Source: Octopus vulgaris
Lineage: Eukaryota
Direction of reading: 5' to 3'
DNA length: 64,000 bases
NCBI GenBank assembly: GCA_951406725.2
Contig: OX597826.1
Location: forward strand, 2,480,001-2,544,000
The translations under genes were made by a program, and so were the position numbers. Below the pieces are notes generated by a model. It did not search any database and was not told the origin of the DNA. It saw only the letters and a list, made by a program, of their open reading frames with translations. This document shows, piece by piece, positions 12,700 to 25,860 of the stretch (within the stretch, counting starts at the first letter, position 1; every line of letters starts with the position of its first letter).

Positions 12700-14439
12700 T
12701 TATTGCTTATTTAGCTTGGGTTCGAATTTATCAATAAAATTCTTTTCTCTGATTTTCCTCTCGATTTCACTTGGGCTGTGTAATTTGTAGAATGGAAATA
12801 TTATATATATTTTCCGACCACATGTTGCTAGGTGGTTACTCAAAGGTATCTGACGGACCTCTGGGTCTCTAATCTGTTGCCGGTGTACACGTGAGCGTTC
12901 TAATAGTGCGTTTCCCGTCTGACCTACATATATTTCTTCACAATTTGGGCATTTGATGCAGTAAATTAAATTTCTGCTTTTGCAGTTCATATTCGCGTTT
13001 GTGAATATTTTCCCGGTTTTTGTGTTTATATATTGACCGGTATGTATGAATTGGCATGTGCCACATCGGCTATCATTGCATTTAGATACCGTGAATGTTT
13101 GGTCTTTGTTGCTGAGGTCAAATTTTGCCTTTGTTAGTAATGTTTTCAAGTTTTTAGGCTGTCTTTTACTAAGCACCATAGCTCGATCCTTGATTATGTC
13201 TTTTAATTCATTACTTTGGGCAATGATTGGTAGGTTTGCTTTGGCAATGTTGAAGATATTCTGGTGACATGGGTTGTGTGTCACTATGAATGGTATGACT
13301 TGTTCTTGTTTTCCTCTTCCTTGGGTTGTCCTAAGTTGTTGTATAGGTATTTTTATAGCCCGCTGTATGCCATTTTCTATAAGTAGAGATGGGTATTTTT
13401 GTTTGAGCAAAAATTCTCTTAGTTCTATTAGGCGTTTGTTCCTGATATTTGCATCTTCTACAATAGTACAAATTCTTCTGGCTAGGCAGTATGGGATGTT
13501 ACGTTTTGTATGTGGTGGATGGCACGACTTAAAATTTAGGTATTGATGTGTGTCTGTGTGTTTATAGTATATATCTGTGGTGATGGTGGTGTCTTTTTTA
13601 ATTACCATTATATCCAGGAATGGTAATTTGGTACTACTCATCTCCTTTGTAAATTTGAGAGATGGGTGTAGGTTGTTCAGGAGGATATTGAACTCTTCCA
13701 GAGTATTTAGAGATTCTGTCCAGATTATGAAACAGTCGTCTAGGTATCTCTTCCATGCCTTTTCAATATACTTTCTAAATCCAGTGCCATAGTTTACCTC
13801 CACCTCTTGGTAGAGTTGTTCTTCTAAGTATCCCATTACAGAGTTGGCGTAAACGGGAGCAAACCTCGTTCCCATCGCCATGCCTCTAATTTGGATGTAA
13901 TTCTTTCCATTGAAGAAGAATGTGTTATTTTCTAGAATAAGTTTGACTGTGTCTAATATAAATGGCACTGTGAATCTGCTGGGAATCACTTCTCTATGTT
14001 TTTCTAACCAGTGTTTAATCGCCTTTATTCCTAAATCGTGTGGAATATTGGTGTAGAGGCTTACCACATCAAAACTTAGTAAAACTGAATTTGTTTCTGT
14101 TGTTTTGGGAAGATGGGACAGGAAGTCGATGTCATCCATGATGAAACTTGGTATGTAAGTACATAGTGGTTTCAAAACAATGTCAATAAAATTGCTTAGA
14201 CGGTGTGTAGGGCATGCTGGACCAGCTATAATAGGTCTAAGTTTTAGGTCTTTTGGATGTAATAATTTTATGTACTCACTTTCTTGTTCTTTTACTGCCT
14301 GTTGAATGTTTTTTGATTTGTGTATTTTTGGTAAGCCGTAGAAGTTGCTGGGTTTTGGTTCAAAATTGGTGATGTAGTCTTTTTCATTATCCGTAAGTGA
14401 GTTGTGGTGTGTTGAAATCAGGTTGTTGATCTTTTTGAG
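12700..14439 (-). CDS. PLE reverse transcriptase + GIY-YIG endonuclease (5'-truncated, frame uninterrupted, ~580 codons)
   Basis: FYGLPKIHK, LRPIIAGP, SFDVVSLYTNIP, GMAMGT, RYLDDCF, LPFLDI, YLNFKSCHP, SKCNDSRCGTC linker, LIYCIKCPNCEEIYVGQTG; frame continues 88 codons upstream of the listed ORF to the inversion junction. Confidence 0.93.
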   Translation of the reverse strand, partial: LKKINNLISTHHNSLTDNEKDYITNFEPKPSNFYGLPKIHKSKNIQQAVKEQESEYIKLLHPKDLKLRPIIAGPACPTHRLSNFIDIVLKPLCTYIPSFIMDDIDFLSHLPKTTETNSVLLSFDVVSLYTNIPHDLGIKAIKHWLEKHREVIPSRFTVPFILDTVKLILENNTFFFNGKNYIQIRGMAMGTRFAPVYANSVMGYLEEQLYQEVEVNYGTGFRKYIEKAWKRYLDDCFIIWTESLNTLEEFNILLNNLHPSLKFTKEMSSTKLPFLDIMVIKKDTTITTDIYYKHTDTHQYLNFKSCHPPHTKRNIPYCLARRICTIVEDANIRNKRLIELREFLLKQKYPSLLIENGIQRAIKIPIQQLRTTQGRGKQEQVIPFIVTHNPCHQNIFNIAKANLPIIAQSNELKDIIKDRAMVLSKRQPKNLKTLLTKAKFDLSNKDQTFTVSKCNDSRCGTCQFIHTGQYINTKTGKIFTNANMNCKSRNLIYCIKCPNCEEIYVGQTGNALLERSRVHRQQIRDPEVRQIPLSNHLATCGRKIYIIFPFYKLHSPSEIERKIREKNFIDKFEPKLNKQ

Positions 14440-14895
14440 TAACCACCTAGCAACATGTGGTCGGAAAATATATATAATATTTCCATTCTACAAATTACAC
14501 AGCCCAAGTGAAATCGAGAGGAAAATCAGAGAAAAGAATTTTATTGATAAATTCGAACCCAAGCTAAATAAGCAATAATAATAATACTTAGAGGTATTAC
14601 TTCCACTGCTACGACCATGACCACTAACAACAACAACAATACTAAAGGTGATCAAGACGAAGATAGCAGGAAAATTATCTTATTTAGGGTTAAAAGTTCT
14701 ATTGCCACCACCATCACCACTAGCAACAATAATTAAGGTGCTGACAATGATGATGATGACAATTGAAATATAAAAATATAAAAATCTCTGACAAAGGATA
14801 TTTACAACATTTCTAAAAATAACCCAACAATTGCTGCTTCGGCCAGGGTCAAGATACAGGACTCTTGACCTGTCCAACAAAGCGTGATGCCTAAA

Positions 14896-15040
14896 CCAAT
14901 CAGCTCAACCAACCAATCAGCTTAAGTAATTGAGTGATACTACACACTGATTGGTCAGAATACAGTTTGCAAAACCTAGCACTCTGGAGCCTACCCAGCT
15001 GTATTTATAGCACAGAATCACTCATCTTGCTACAGTCAAA
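14896..15040 (+). promoter_or_regulatory. Putative pLTR Pol II promoter (3 CCAAT boxes + TATA-like); mirrored in the left arm
   Basis: ccaat 14896 and 14913, attgg 14950, tatttata 15002, cagt ~30 nt later, just upstream of the HHR. Confidence 0.5.
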
Positions 15041-15072
15041 AATTGTGAAGCATGACTGTCAACACTACTACA

Positions 15073-15117
15073 TGAACCCGAAGATTGCAGAATTCAATGC
15101 ATGAAAGTACTAGTTCA
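15073..15117 (+). ncRNA. Minimal type-I hammerhead (U4C variant), inverted-arm copy
   Basis: Same sequence as 12161-12205 on the opposite strand. Confidence 0.78.
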
Positions 15118-15249
15118 ATCAGAATGAATATTTAACATTCTACTATTTCATTTTATAATTTAATTCAATTATAATATATTATCTTATAATATATCATTAT
15201 AAGATTGTAAATAAAACGTGAAAATCAAACAAGGTTGGAATTCTTTTTA

Positions 15250-15289
<40 letters not shown>

Positions 15290-15859
15290 TATATACATAT
15301 ATATACATACACGATGTACGGAAACACCGTGAATTTTACATGTACATGTTCCGAGTTATAAGTTCGGTGATGCCCGAGAGTGCAGTGCAGATAAAGGTTT
15401 GAAAGTCGTGTCAGGAAACAATTAATTCTGACCCCGCCCCCCCCAAAAAAAAAAATAAAACGTAGAATCTAAATTTGAAATCGCTCGTGTCTACGACTAT
15501 ATTTTGATATCTGTTCCTTTATACCAATTAAATTCGACTGAAAGGATGATTAAATTTCTGTTGAGGTAATACATCCGAGCGGTCATATAAGAAGTATAGA
15601 TATTTAGATTATGTAAGAGAGCACCATTTTCTAAGATACGAAAAAGCCGCCAAATAAAATATATTTACAGAATCCGGGATACATTAACGAAAAGAAAAAT
15701 AAAATGGAAGGAAAACTAATTCTTACTTGAAGTCTGTTATTTACTTATATTATCTATGGTTATCTTAGAAATGTTGGTTTACTTTTAATCTACACTAAAT
15801 ATAAAACAAAATAATAAGCAAAAAATATTAACTAAATGGAATGTAAGATAAAAGCAGGA

Positions 15860-16010
15860 AATAATGCAGCCACTCTTCCACTCTACCAGCGATACCAAAT
15901 TCACGCAATTTGTGACATATCAACTCATGATCGACTTTGTCAAAGACCGTGGCAAAGTCGCGATATATCACATCCACATTTGAATGGTTAAGCTGTTGTT
16001 TTAGTACCCA
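15860..16010 (-). mobile_element. CR1/L2-type LINE RT fragment
   Basis: NVDVIYRDFATVFDKVDHELICHKLREFGIAGRVEEWLHYFL resembles VDVIYLDF.KAFDKVDH..L..KL...GI.G...W. Confidence 0.8.
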
Positions 16011-16169
16011 GTATACATTATATATAGATACATACATATATAGATACATACATACATACATACATATATACATACATATATACATACATACATGCATCTA
16101 TATGTGTGTATGCAAATTTATAGGTGAATGTGTTTGTGTAGGTGTGTGTAGGTGTGTGTAGGTGTATGT

Positions 16170-16365
16170 GTTGGTGTTTAGTAAAAAGCTTGCTTCCCAA
16201 CAACATGGTTCCTGCGTGGAAACATTGTGACTAAGGCATGTGACTTCTACTATACCCACGGGCCGTCCAAAACCTTGTCAGTAGATTTGGTAGACCGAAA
16301 CTGAAAGTAGAACGTTGTATATACATACATACATACAAACACACGTACATACATATATACACACA

Positions 16366-16410
<45 letters not shown>

Positions 16411-16650
16411 ATATATATATGCCTGCATAAGTGTGTGTTTGTGTATGTGTGTGTCTCTTTGTCTCCCACCATCGCTTGACAAACGGATTTGCTTTTTCTA
16501 CGCTCTTGTAACTTAGCGATTCGTGTAACGAGCAGATAGAATAAATACCAGGCTTAAAGAAACTACTGTAATCGATTCATTCGACTAAATAGTTCTTCCA
16601 GGTGCAGGCCCTCCGTGGTCAGAGTCAAATAACTGAAACAGTTAAGAGAA
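16170..16650 (+). mobile_element. SINE family C (CORE-like, internal microsatellite), diverged
   Basis: Matches 44478-44845 and 50707-51075. Confidence 0.75.
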
Positions 16651-17854
16651 AAAAAAAAAAAGCACACGCACACACTACCAATTATTACATAATAAACTTC
16701 TGAATCGCGATAAAAATATTTCTGTCCAGTTCTAATATGCATAAGGGAATACATGAAGTTGATTTGCTACAGATACGACGAATGAAAAACAAGCTAATAC
16801 GGAAAGGGAACAGCGTCAACCTACGAATACACAAAATCAAGTAGACACTCTGTCACATAGTATATAAGTCTTTCTTATTACAGACATGTGTAAATCGGCT
16901 GTACGCGTTCATTTTTCTGTTACGTATATTTTGTTCACGCTAGCGTGAGTATATGTATGTATATGTATGTGTTTCTACTTTGACATAATTACTTGTTTCC
17001 GTTTGTTTTTCATATGCATTAAGATAATGACATGAGAGTCGCTTCTAAATCAGATTTCGTTGATAGGGAAAGAATATGATCCATTGCGATATATGCGTTA
17101 TATATATATATAAATATATATATATATACATCTACACACACTCATACATGCACGTGCAAACACACGTATTATATATAGATATATGTATATGCATATTCCC
17201 ATGTATGCATACATATACACACAAAGCTATGTGTATAGATGTATGTATATGAGTATGTATGTATATGTATATATTTATAGACAGAGAGATATATAGTGTA
17301 TAGATAATCTGGCAAAAGCATGCTTATTGCTCATCTCCATTGCAGATAAAAAGCGTTTAACATTTTTCTAGCTTTTGATCCATGTATTTTATCTCTCTGC
17401 CTCACACGCACATACACACACACTCTCTCTCTCACTGGTAGAATGTGTGATAGAGTGTATATTTACGTGTGTATGTGAGTATGTGTGTGCTTATAATTGT
17501 TCACCCTGTAATCTTCATCTTATCTGCTATTTACCATTTGTGTATTTTTTTCCGACATGGTATGTTCACTTTCCAATTTGGCTTCAATATCTCTTATTTC
17601 GTGCTCATCCCTTCTCTTATTTCTTCTTGTTTTGATACCCTTTAAGCTCGGTTTCATGTAAATCTGATCTCCAGAAAATAACACCCTTAGTTTGTAGTCT
17701 TTTACAAACTATTATTTCGATATTTATCTCTCGGAATTTTCGTGTTATATAAACTGCTTAGACATAAGGAGGCGGGTCCAGAAGTTTATTGACCTAAATC
17801 TATCAACAACCCAGTAAAAATCCCGAAAGCCTTATTTTACAAGTGTGTATTATT

Positions 17855-18190
17855 ACGAGGATGGGCTGAAGAGTTCATAGGCTGACCATATAGCGGTCAC
17901 GCTAACATTGTGAAGCCTTGCATCTCTTATTTTCAGCATTGTTTCGTTTCGTGTAAACTGATATCTCACTGTTCAAATAAGACTTCAAAAGTAATTAGTA
18001 GTGACTTCTCTTGAAAATCGATAAAGGTTGACATCATGATGTACCCAAGAACCTGTAGAATAATTGTTTAGGCCCCAGGGACATTCATGCCCATATGTTT
18101 GCTATATTAGGGGATGACGCTGAATCCTAATCAACAGTGCAAAAAGGATAGCTGAATTTAGGAGGGGAAGGGAGGGTATGAGAATGACAA
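17855..18190 (+). mobile_element. Degenerate 5' fragment of a mariner element
   Basis: TIR-like tacgaggatgggctgaagagttc; remnant N-terminal HTH PRDIHAHMFAILGDDA..STVQK..AEFRRGRE. Confidence 0.65.
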
Positions 18191-18428
18191 TACAGCGAGA
18201 AAAAGTATTACGAATTACCGTTAAGAAATATGGGTGTATAAAGGCCCTCGCGCAAGTTGCAAGGCGCTTGCACACTCGCTCATACAAACATCCGTGAAAA
18301 TGTAAGTATACGCTCATGTGTAGTTTGATGCCTTCACTATCACAAAACGAGTTGAATAGCTACTTGGTGTTTATAAGAACGGGGAGGTTAAAGTTAAAAT
18401 TAATTCATCCATATCTTAAAGTAAATTA

Positions 18429-18536
18429 CGAGAGGGTGTATGAAAAGTCTTGAGCCTCAAAAGGAAAAAGAAAATATAGTAAAAGACTTCAAGGTTCAAC
18501 GGTCTTGAAGGATCAAAACTTTTCATACAGCCCTCG
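18429..18536. mobile_element. ~108-bp mariner-type MITE with TA flanks
   Basis: ta|cgagagggtgtatgaaaagt ... acttttcatacagccctcg|ta. Confidence 0.75.
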
Positions 18537-18559
18537 TATGTCATTTAAATTCATTCCCG

Positions 18560-18826
18560 CTGCATGGGGCGAAAGTACATTTATATGCGTGTAGGTATCT
18601 TGGCAGTCTCTCAGAAATTCTATAAATGATCTCATTGGTCCACAGAATAGGCAGGGATTCCTCCGAGCAGATTCGGCATCCCCTGGAAATGATAACGTAT
18701 GGTTTTGCGTGGCTTACTATGGACCAAGTTATGTTGTACTTAATTTTATATTCCTTCAGTCGCAATACAAAATCGTTTATATGTATATATATCTCTCTCA
18801 TCTCCCTTTCCTAATTCAGACTGCGG

Positions 18827-18828
<2 letters not shown>
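18560..18828 (-). mobile_element. Decayed C-terminal fragment of a Naiad-type PLE endonuclease
   Basis: QSELGK..FVLRLKEYKIKYNITWSIVSHAKPY...GCRICSEE..IL..YRISE...LHAYK matches the W.I...A.PY....C.LC..EK..I...R.E...C.H..K tail; abuts (TA)n. Confidence 0.65.
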
Positions 18829-18876
<48 letters not shown>

Positions 18877-19499
18877 CATGTGCGTTACCCAACACACGTG
18901 TTATTAGGTAATGTGTTTGGATAATTTGGTAGCCGTTTTGTTTTGAATTTAGAAATTTTAGAATGTATTGTTGCTTGATTTTTGTTTTTTGCAGTTGATC
19001 TTTCCGTTACTGTCCTCAGCACCCACAATCGAATAACTGGTGAAACACAAATTTATCACCTGTCCAAGACCGAATTATCAACACAGCTCTTAATAATATT
19101 GAAAATAGCATTAGAGAAATAAATAATGCAGCAAGAAATATAGAGATGCTCTTTATAGGATGTGTGAATATATTAAAGGAGACAAATGAAGAACAATATT
19201 GAAAAATGCGAAGGAATGAAAGGTAAACGCAAAACTGTTTTACAATACGAAAAATCTCATTTACGGCATCGCTCGCTCACAGTGCAATATGTCGGCCACA
19301 AGTTATCAAAATCAATATATCTGTTTTGGGTAAATAACTAACAAATGAAAACTTCATATCTTAGAATATGTGTTGTGAACATTTAGGCAATTGTGCATAT
19401 GGAAAAATCAAAATACTTAAACTTTCCACAATAAATGCAGAAACCGATCAATTATGAAGGGAAATGTAGAATATTTTATGGGAATTCAAAATCCGAAAC

Positions 19500-20200
19500 C
19501 AAACCGGAAATGATATATATTCCAACAACTATCCCTATAATAAATGCTGTATACCGCGTGCGCTTGAAAAGCTGAGCAGAAAGGACAATGCTTAACATAA
19601 AAAGAAAATACCTTCTTCAAACACTGTGATGGTTTCAGAAACTTTGTCTCCTCTTTATAGTTTATATAAACGACAACCTTATTCAGGACGACTGTTGTCG
19701 AACTCCCGTACAAATGAAAACATGGATGAACATTCATGAACAGATCTTTCTGGACCGTTACAGAACAACTGATGAACTTGTTAATGTGACTGGTGTGTCC
19801 TGGAGCCCCTGCTAATTCATTTTGAGCGAGGAAAAGAGCTGTAGCAAAATTGGTGCCTCGCTTGCTCATGAGAGATCAAAACCAATCACGATTCGATGCC
19901 TGTCGTGAACTGAAAGAACAGTTTGAAGTTGATCCGGAATTTTTCGAAGGTAATGACTGATGAATGCTGATGTTACAGAATTTGCAGATGTGGAATAGGT
20001 GAAGAATAAAAACAAAAAAACGACTGAGTCGTTGAAAACTGTGACATTGCAAGAGTTGTAACACTGATCTGAATATTGGAAAACGCGCCTGCCTTGCTTC
20101 AAATGGAAAAAACTTAGAAGGTGTTAAAAGTGTAAACATGTAAAACTAAGTTAATAAAATGATATTCCAAATTTCCCGTTGCTTTTGGGTACCTCCTTGC
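19500..20200 (+). mobile_element. Degenerate mariner transposase remnant
   Basis: DRYRTTDELVNVTGVSWS..AKLVPRLL..QSRFDACRELKEQFEVDP..KVMTD; TIR-like cttttgggtacctcc near 20195. Confidence 0.7.
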
Positions 20201-21919
20201 AAAACCACTGGAGTAGATTCCTTAGAGCTTAAATATTGAAACAAGTTTTATTTTTAAAGAGCAGTAATATATATTTATATGGCGGTAAGTGTGTGTGTGT
20301 ATGTTTGTGTTGGTGGGTGTAGCTATTTTTATAATTATGCTACTTATATCGATATATTGAATAAAAATCCCTATGACTGAAGTTAGAAATCGCTAACACT
20401 GTAAGTAATATAAGACAATCATTGGAAAAATCGATAGGGCAACGAATATAATATCGTATTAGCTTCTGAGGTTTGAACCCGTTGAAAATATTATTACAAT
20501 TAATCATTGATATTTAAGAAAAATAAACAACAGCCAATTAGTTAGGATGATACGCTATTTAACCCTTATATCGTAGCTTGGACAATGTATATTTCAATAA
20601 ATATTCAATTATATATAAATAGGAACTAAAATCCCCAAATTACTGAAAATTATGTATGATACGAGAGAATAAAGGGTATCAACTTATCTTGTACTAAAAT
20701 ATTTGATGATTTAATCTCATTCAGCATTGATTGTGTAATGGCTATATTGTTTGGAAGAAAATTTAATTATAAGTTATTTTACTTGCATTAGTTAAGTATA
20801 TACAAAAAATATCTAACTCCAAGTTTACGTTTGTATATAAAGTTATGTCCGATTCACACCAATCCATGCCGAGCTGAGATTACATGTTAACTCCACCAAT
20901 TGAATGAGCTGTAATTGGCACTTGAAATCACACATACTGTCTTAAAAATGCTAATGCAAAAATCATAATTTTAATCCGGGACGGAAAAAATATAGATTGC
21001 ACAGAGTTGTGACGACTTCATTTTTTATATATATATTTAATTCCGTCTGCCTGGTCGTGGGGAGATCAAGAACATTAATTAAAGATAGAGATAATACATA
21101 GATGAACGCATATAAATTCCGAATATCGTCAATCCATATATACAGTACCAAATTTGTGGTTTATAAAAAAAATAATAAATAAAAATCGGCGCATGACTTT
21201 AAAAGCAGAGAACACAATGCCTTTATGTACTTAGTACGTTTACAAGACTTACTTTTGGGTCCATTTATGAAGAGGTGAAAGCTTGATTATATTTTCCATT
21301 TTTTAACCTTCCACATTGTCTTTATGCTTTCTTCTCCACTTTTCGCGTTCGTTATGATATGTGGTTTCTGCCTGAAGACTATAATATGTTACACATGGTA
21401 TAATTCATTATTTGGCATGTTCTCAGCACAAGAAACTGTTAGTAGCACATTAAAACATATATTGTGTCTATTAGATAATACCAATCTCTCTCTCTCTCTA
21501 TCTCTCTATCTATCTATCTATCTATCTACACAAAAACACACAATTATATATATATATATGATTCTCTCTATTTGTATGTGTGGCTTATTTGCATATCTGA
21601 ATTTGTCTCGATAGATATAATCATAATCATCACAAGCAGTAACGCTATATGTATATCTCGAAGTATTTATAAATCCAAAGAAAGTGTCACACAAACAGTC
21701 TCAGGAATAAATTGACACGTTCATCTTCCGTTGTCTGTGCGTCTCACGCACCTTATCCGGTTCACGCTATTGTGTTTATATCAATCAGCTTCCATTTTAT
21801 CCCCTGAATCTTTCAATCCTGTACACTCAGTGAATATCATCAGATAATCACGCTGCATGAGTTATATATTTATCACTTGACCGGGTACGGAAATATATAC
21901 ACGCATACATATATACATA

Positions 21920-21952
<33 letters not shown>

Positions 21953-21960
21953 GCATACAT

Positions 21961-22090
<130 letters not shown>

Positions 22091-22472
22091 GAAGCTTAGT
22101 TCAAACCAAAGGCATGACAACATGTGGTGAGAAAAATATATCTGCTATGAATAAAATTACAACTGCGTTATATAGAGATGTGTTTAAGAGCGATACAAAC
22201 ACTTATTGATCTACTAGGTGATGAAGGAAAAAAACCATATTACTTCATAAATAATCATTAATAGAATACCTACAAAAATTTCTCAAGGGCTGATTACCTA
22301 ATAAAGAAGAGCGTGTATTAATATCGGATAATGCCATATGCGACTAAATATTTTTAGACATGAATTATCTGCCATATATATCATTAGTGTAATGTTTCAA
22401 ATATGTACATACACACATATATACATACAGACATATTCCCTCTCTCTTTCTCTCTCTTTCGCTGTTTATACA

Positions 22473-22778
<306 letters not shown>

Positions 22779-22805
22779 CTATATATATATGTATGTATAT
22801 GTATG

Positions 22806-22837
<32 letters not shown>

Positions 22838-23172
22838 TGTATGTAGGTATGTACGTATGTATGTATAGGTGGATGTGCATGTCTAATTAGCAAGCTGTGT
22901 AGCCTTCATGCTTCATCTGGTTTGTAAAACTGGTCTGCGTAATCAACCAACAGGTGATATTCAAATTTTGGCTCAAGGTGAGCAGTTTTGAAAGAGGACA
23001 ATCAATTACATTGCCCCCAGATTGCAACTTCTACTTAATAAAGTAACGCCGAAATGATGAAAGGCAACGTCCACCTCCGCGAAATTTGAACTGAGAACTT
23101 AAAGACAAACGGAACGCTGCTAATTCATTTTCCTGGCGAGTTAATGATACTAGCAGTCCGTCGCCTTATCTA

Positions 23173-24463
23173 TCAGGTTATCCCATAAGTCCTGTCCGAT
23201 CTTACCTTTTTTAAAATTGAATGAAATTCAGTAGTATTTTAGAATGTCTAATGGAATTAAGAATTATTTTTATGCATTTGTGTACATTTAAACTAATTAA
23301 ATATTATTTTATACAGAATAATAGAATTAAATTTTCTTTGATTAAAACCCTTTCTAATATAGAAGTATCCAAAGAGCATTTGAGGCACATAATGCTTTAT
23401 GATTACAAAAAACGAAACTCTGCAGCCGAAGCAACTCGAAACATACACCCAGTTTATGGGAAAGAATGCTTGAATGAAAGAACTTGCAGAAAATGGTTTG
23501 CAAAATTCAGAATTGGATATTTCAGCCTTGAAGATGAAGATCGAAAAGGACGTCCAGTTGAGTTTGATGATAAGCTCCTTGAAGCATTACTTGAAGAAAA
23601 TCCTGCGTTATCAGTTGAAGAATTGGCAATGGAGCTTAGTTCAAACCATACAACTGTTCATCGTCATCTTCAACAACTTGGAAAGGTTCCTAAACTTGGA
23701 AAATGGGTGCCTCATGACTTGTCCAAAATCAACCGCAAATCCCGAGTTGACATCTGCTCTTCTCTCCATTCTCGCAAACTCATTTCACCCTTTTTGGATA
23801 GACTTGTGACTGGTCACAAAAAATGGATGTTCTATCGAAATGTTAAACGTCGTAAACAGTGGCTTGGTAAAAGGGAAAAGCTCAACCATAACCGAGAAGA
23901 GAACTTCATGGGAAAATGTTCTTCTCTCTATCTCTATCTGGTGGGATTGCAAAGGAGTAATTCACTTTGAATTGTCACCACCTAATGCATTAATCAATGA
24001 TCAAGTCTACTGTCAGTAATTAGAGCGTTTGAACCAAGTTTTGAAGGAAAAAGACCCGCTTTAGTGAATCTAAAAGGAGCGATGTTTCATCAGGACAATG
24101 CGCGACCCCACACTGCAAAGATCCCATCACAGAAGATCGAGGAGCTTGGTTGGGAGAAAATTCCTCATCCACCTTATTCTCCCGACCCTGCTCCTTCAGA
24201 CTACCATTTGTTTTGTAGTTTACAGAATAATTTGGGTGACATAACTTTAGCAAGCCAGGAGGAGGTCGAAACTGACATTTCTGAGTACTTCGTTTTCAAA
24301 CCAAAAGAGTTTTACATTTTGGATTAAAAAGCTTGTAAATAGATGGAAGGAAGTCATAGATAATCAGGGAAAATACATTGATGATTAAATTTAAATTAAA
24401 TATAACATTTGATCACTTGTTTTCTTTATTCAAACTTCGGACAGAACTCATGGGATGACCTGA
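23173..24463 (+). mobile_element. Full-length mariner (DD34D) element, frameshifted copy
   Basis: TIRs tcaggttatcccataagtcctgtccga / tcggacagaactcatgggatgacctga, TA TSD, ~1.29 kb; WVPHDL, HQDNARPH, PYSPDPAPSDY. Confidence 0.95.
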
Positions 24464-24479
24464 TATAATGAAGATTAAG

Positions 24480-25860
24480 ATAAATATTCTTTCTAATCTA
24501 GCCACAAGGCCTGAGAATTTTTAGGGGTCCAGTCGATTAGATCGACCACTGTGCGCAAACTGTACTTAATTTATTGACCCCGAATGGATGAAAAGCAGAG
24601 TCGACCTCGGCGGAATTAAGATAATTATTAAGATCACTATTAAGTTATCATAATAGTTATCTTAACTATTAACTACATCCTTTCGTGGTCGACAAATGAC
24701 ATAACCGCTCACTACTGAAGTCGATATAATCGACTTAACCCTCACCTGAAATTGCTGGCCATATGACAAAATCTGGACCAACATTCATAATGGATTTCAC
24801 TCTGATGTCATTATGGTCATAATGAATAGGTAAATGTTGTTGTTTTCTTGAAGTTTCATGGTTTGATTCTTATTTCATAATTACTTTCTTTTTGTAAACG
24901 TTCGTAAACATATCACTTACTCCTATAACTAATCATATACCACCGAGGGTTATAGTGTGGCGGTTAATGCTCGCGTCGCACCTCACCTCTAAGTATTTCT
25001 TCATACTTCCCTTGGATTGTTAACTAAAAACCTAATATGTCATTGAATCGGACAATTCGTTAAGGCGAGAAACTTTCCTACTTCTGACGGTAAAAAAGTT
25101 AAAATGCTGAGTAATTACGATACGTTGGAGTAATGCAGTGGCCTTAGTTAATTACGTAGAATTCCTTCTTATATGCCTCTGTATCATATCTACAAAGCCT
25201 GAGTTTTTTCGGGAAGGACTAATCTAGCAAATCAACCGTAGTGTTTGGCATGTATTTTAATTCTATAACTAATCACATATCAGCGAGTGTTGTGGTGTGA
25301 GAGTTAAAACTCCGTAAGGTTGAATGACAAAGTCCACCTCGGTGGAATTTGAAATCCAAACGTAAAGACAGGCGAAATGTCGATAAGCATTTTCTTCGGA
25401 GAACCAACGATTCTGCAAAATCGCCTCTTTAACATTCCTAATATTAATATGTTCAACGGCATTTCGTCCGTTTTTACATTCTGAGTTCAAATTCGGCTGT
25501 GGTTGACTTTATCTTCCATGTTTTCGGGTTCGGTAATATAAGTACTTGTTGAACACTGAGGTTGATTTAATAGACTTAGCCCCTATCCAAAATTTACTGG
25601 CCTTGTGAAAAAATTTGAAGCCATAATATATAATTACGGCGGCAAGCTAGCAAAATCATTACTAGCTTGCTGAAGAGAGTACTTAGTATCATTTCGTCCG
25701 TCTTTACGTTCTAAGACCAAATTCCATCGCAGGTGATTTTACTTTCCATCCTGTCGGAGTCAATAAAGTAAGTACCGATTGAGTACCAGGGGTTGACAAA
25801 CTCGATTTAACCCGCTCCTTCGATAGTGCTAGCCTTGTGTCAAAATTTTAAGCCAATATT
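24480..25860. mobile_element. Cluster of about five diverged family-B SINE fragments in both orientations
   Basis: Recurrent gtcgacctcggcggaatt / atttcgtccgtctttacgttct / cttccatc..gtc..taagtac motifs. Confidence 0.7.

Larger units (their letters stand above)
11998..15258 (-). mobile_element. Young 5'-truncated Neptune-type PLE with inverted pseudo-LTR, inserted in (TA)n
   Basis: 12023-12844 is the near-perfect reverse complement of 14434-15258; ~25-nt unpaired 3' tail at 11998-12022; TA runs on both flanks. Confidence 0.95.

Noticed and set aside
12398-14880. Identical 66-aa ORFs at 12398-12598 (+) and 14680-14880 (-)
   Set aside because: Antisense ORF within the pLTR, duplicated by the inversion; no motif.
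21800-21850. CTGATGA...GAAA on the minus strand
   Set aside because: Stems I and II cannot be formed convincingly.
23221-24390. SETMAR-like domesticated gene
   Set aside because: Flanked by TIRs and TA TSD, no SET exons, catalytic lesions: an ordinary dead transposon.
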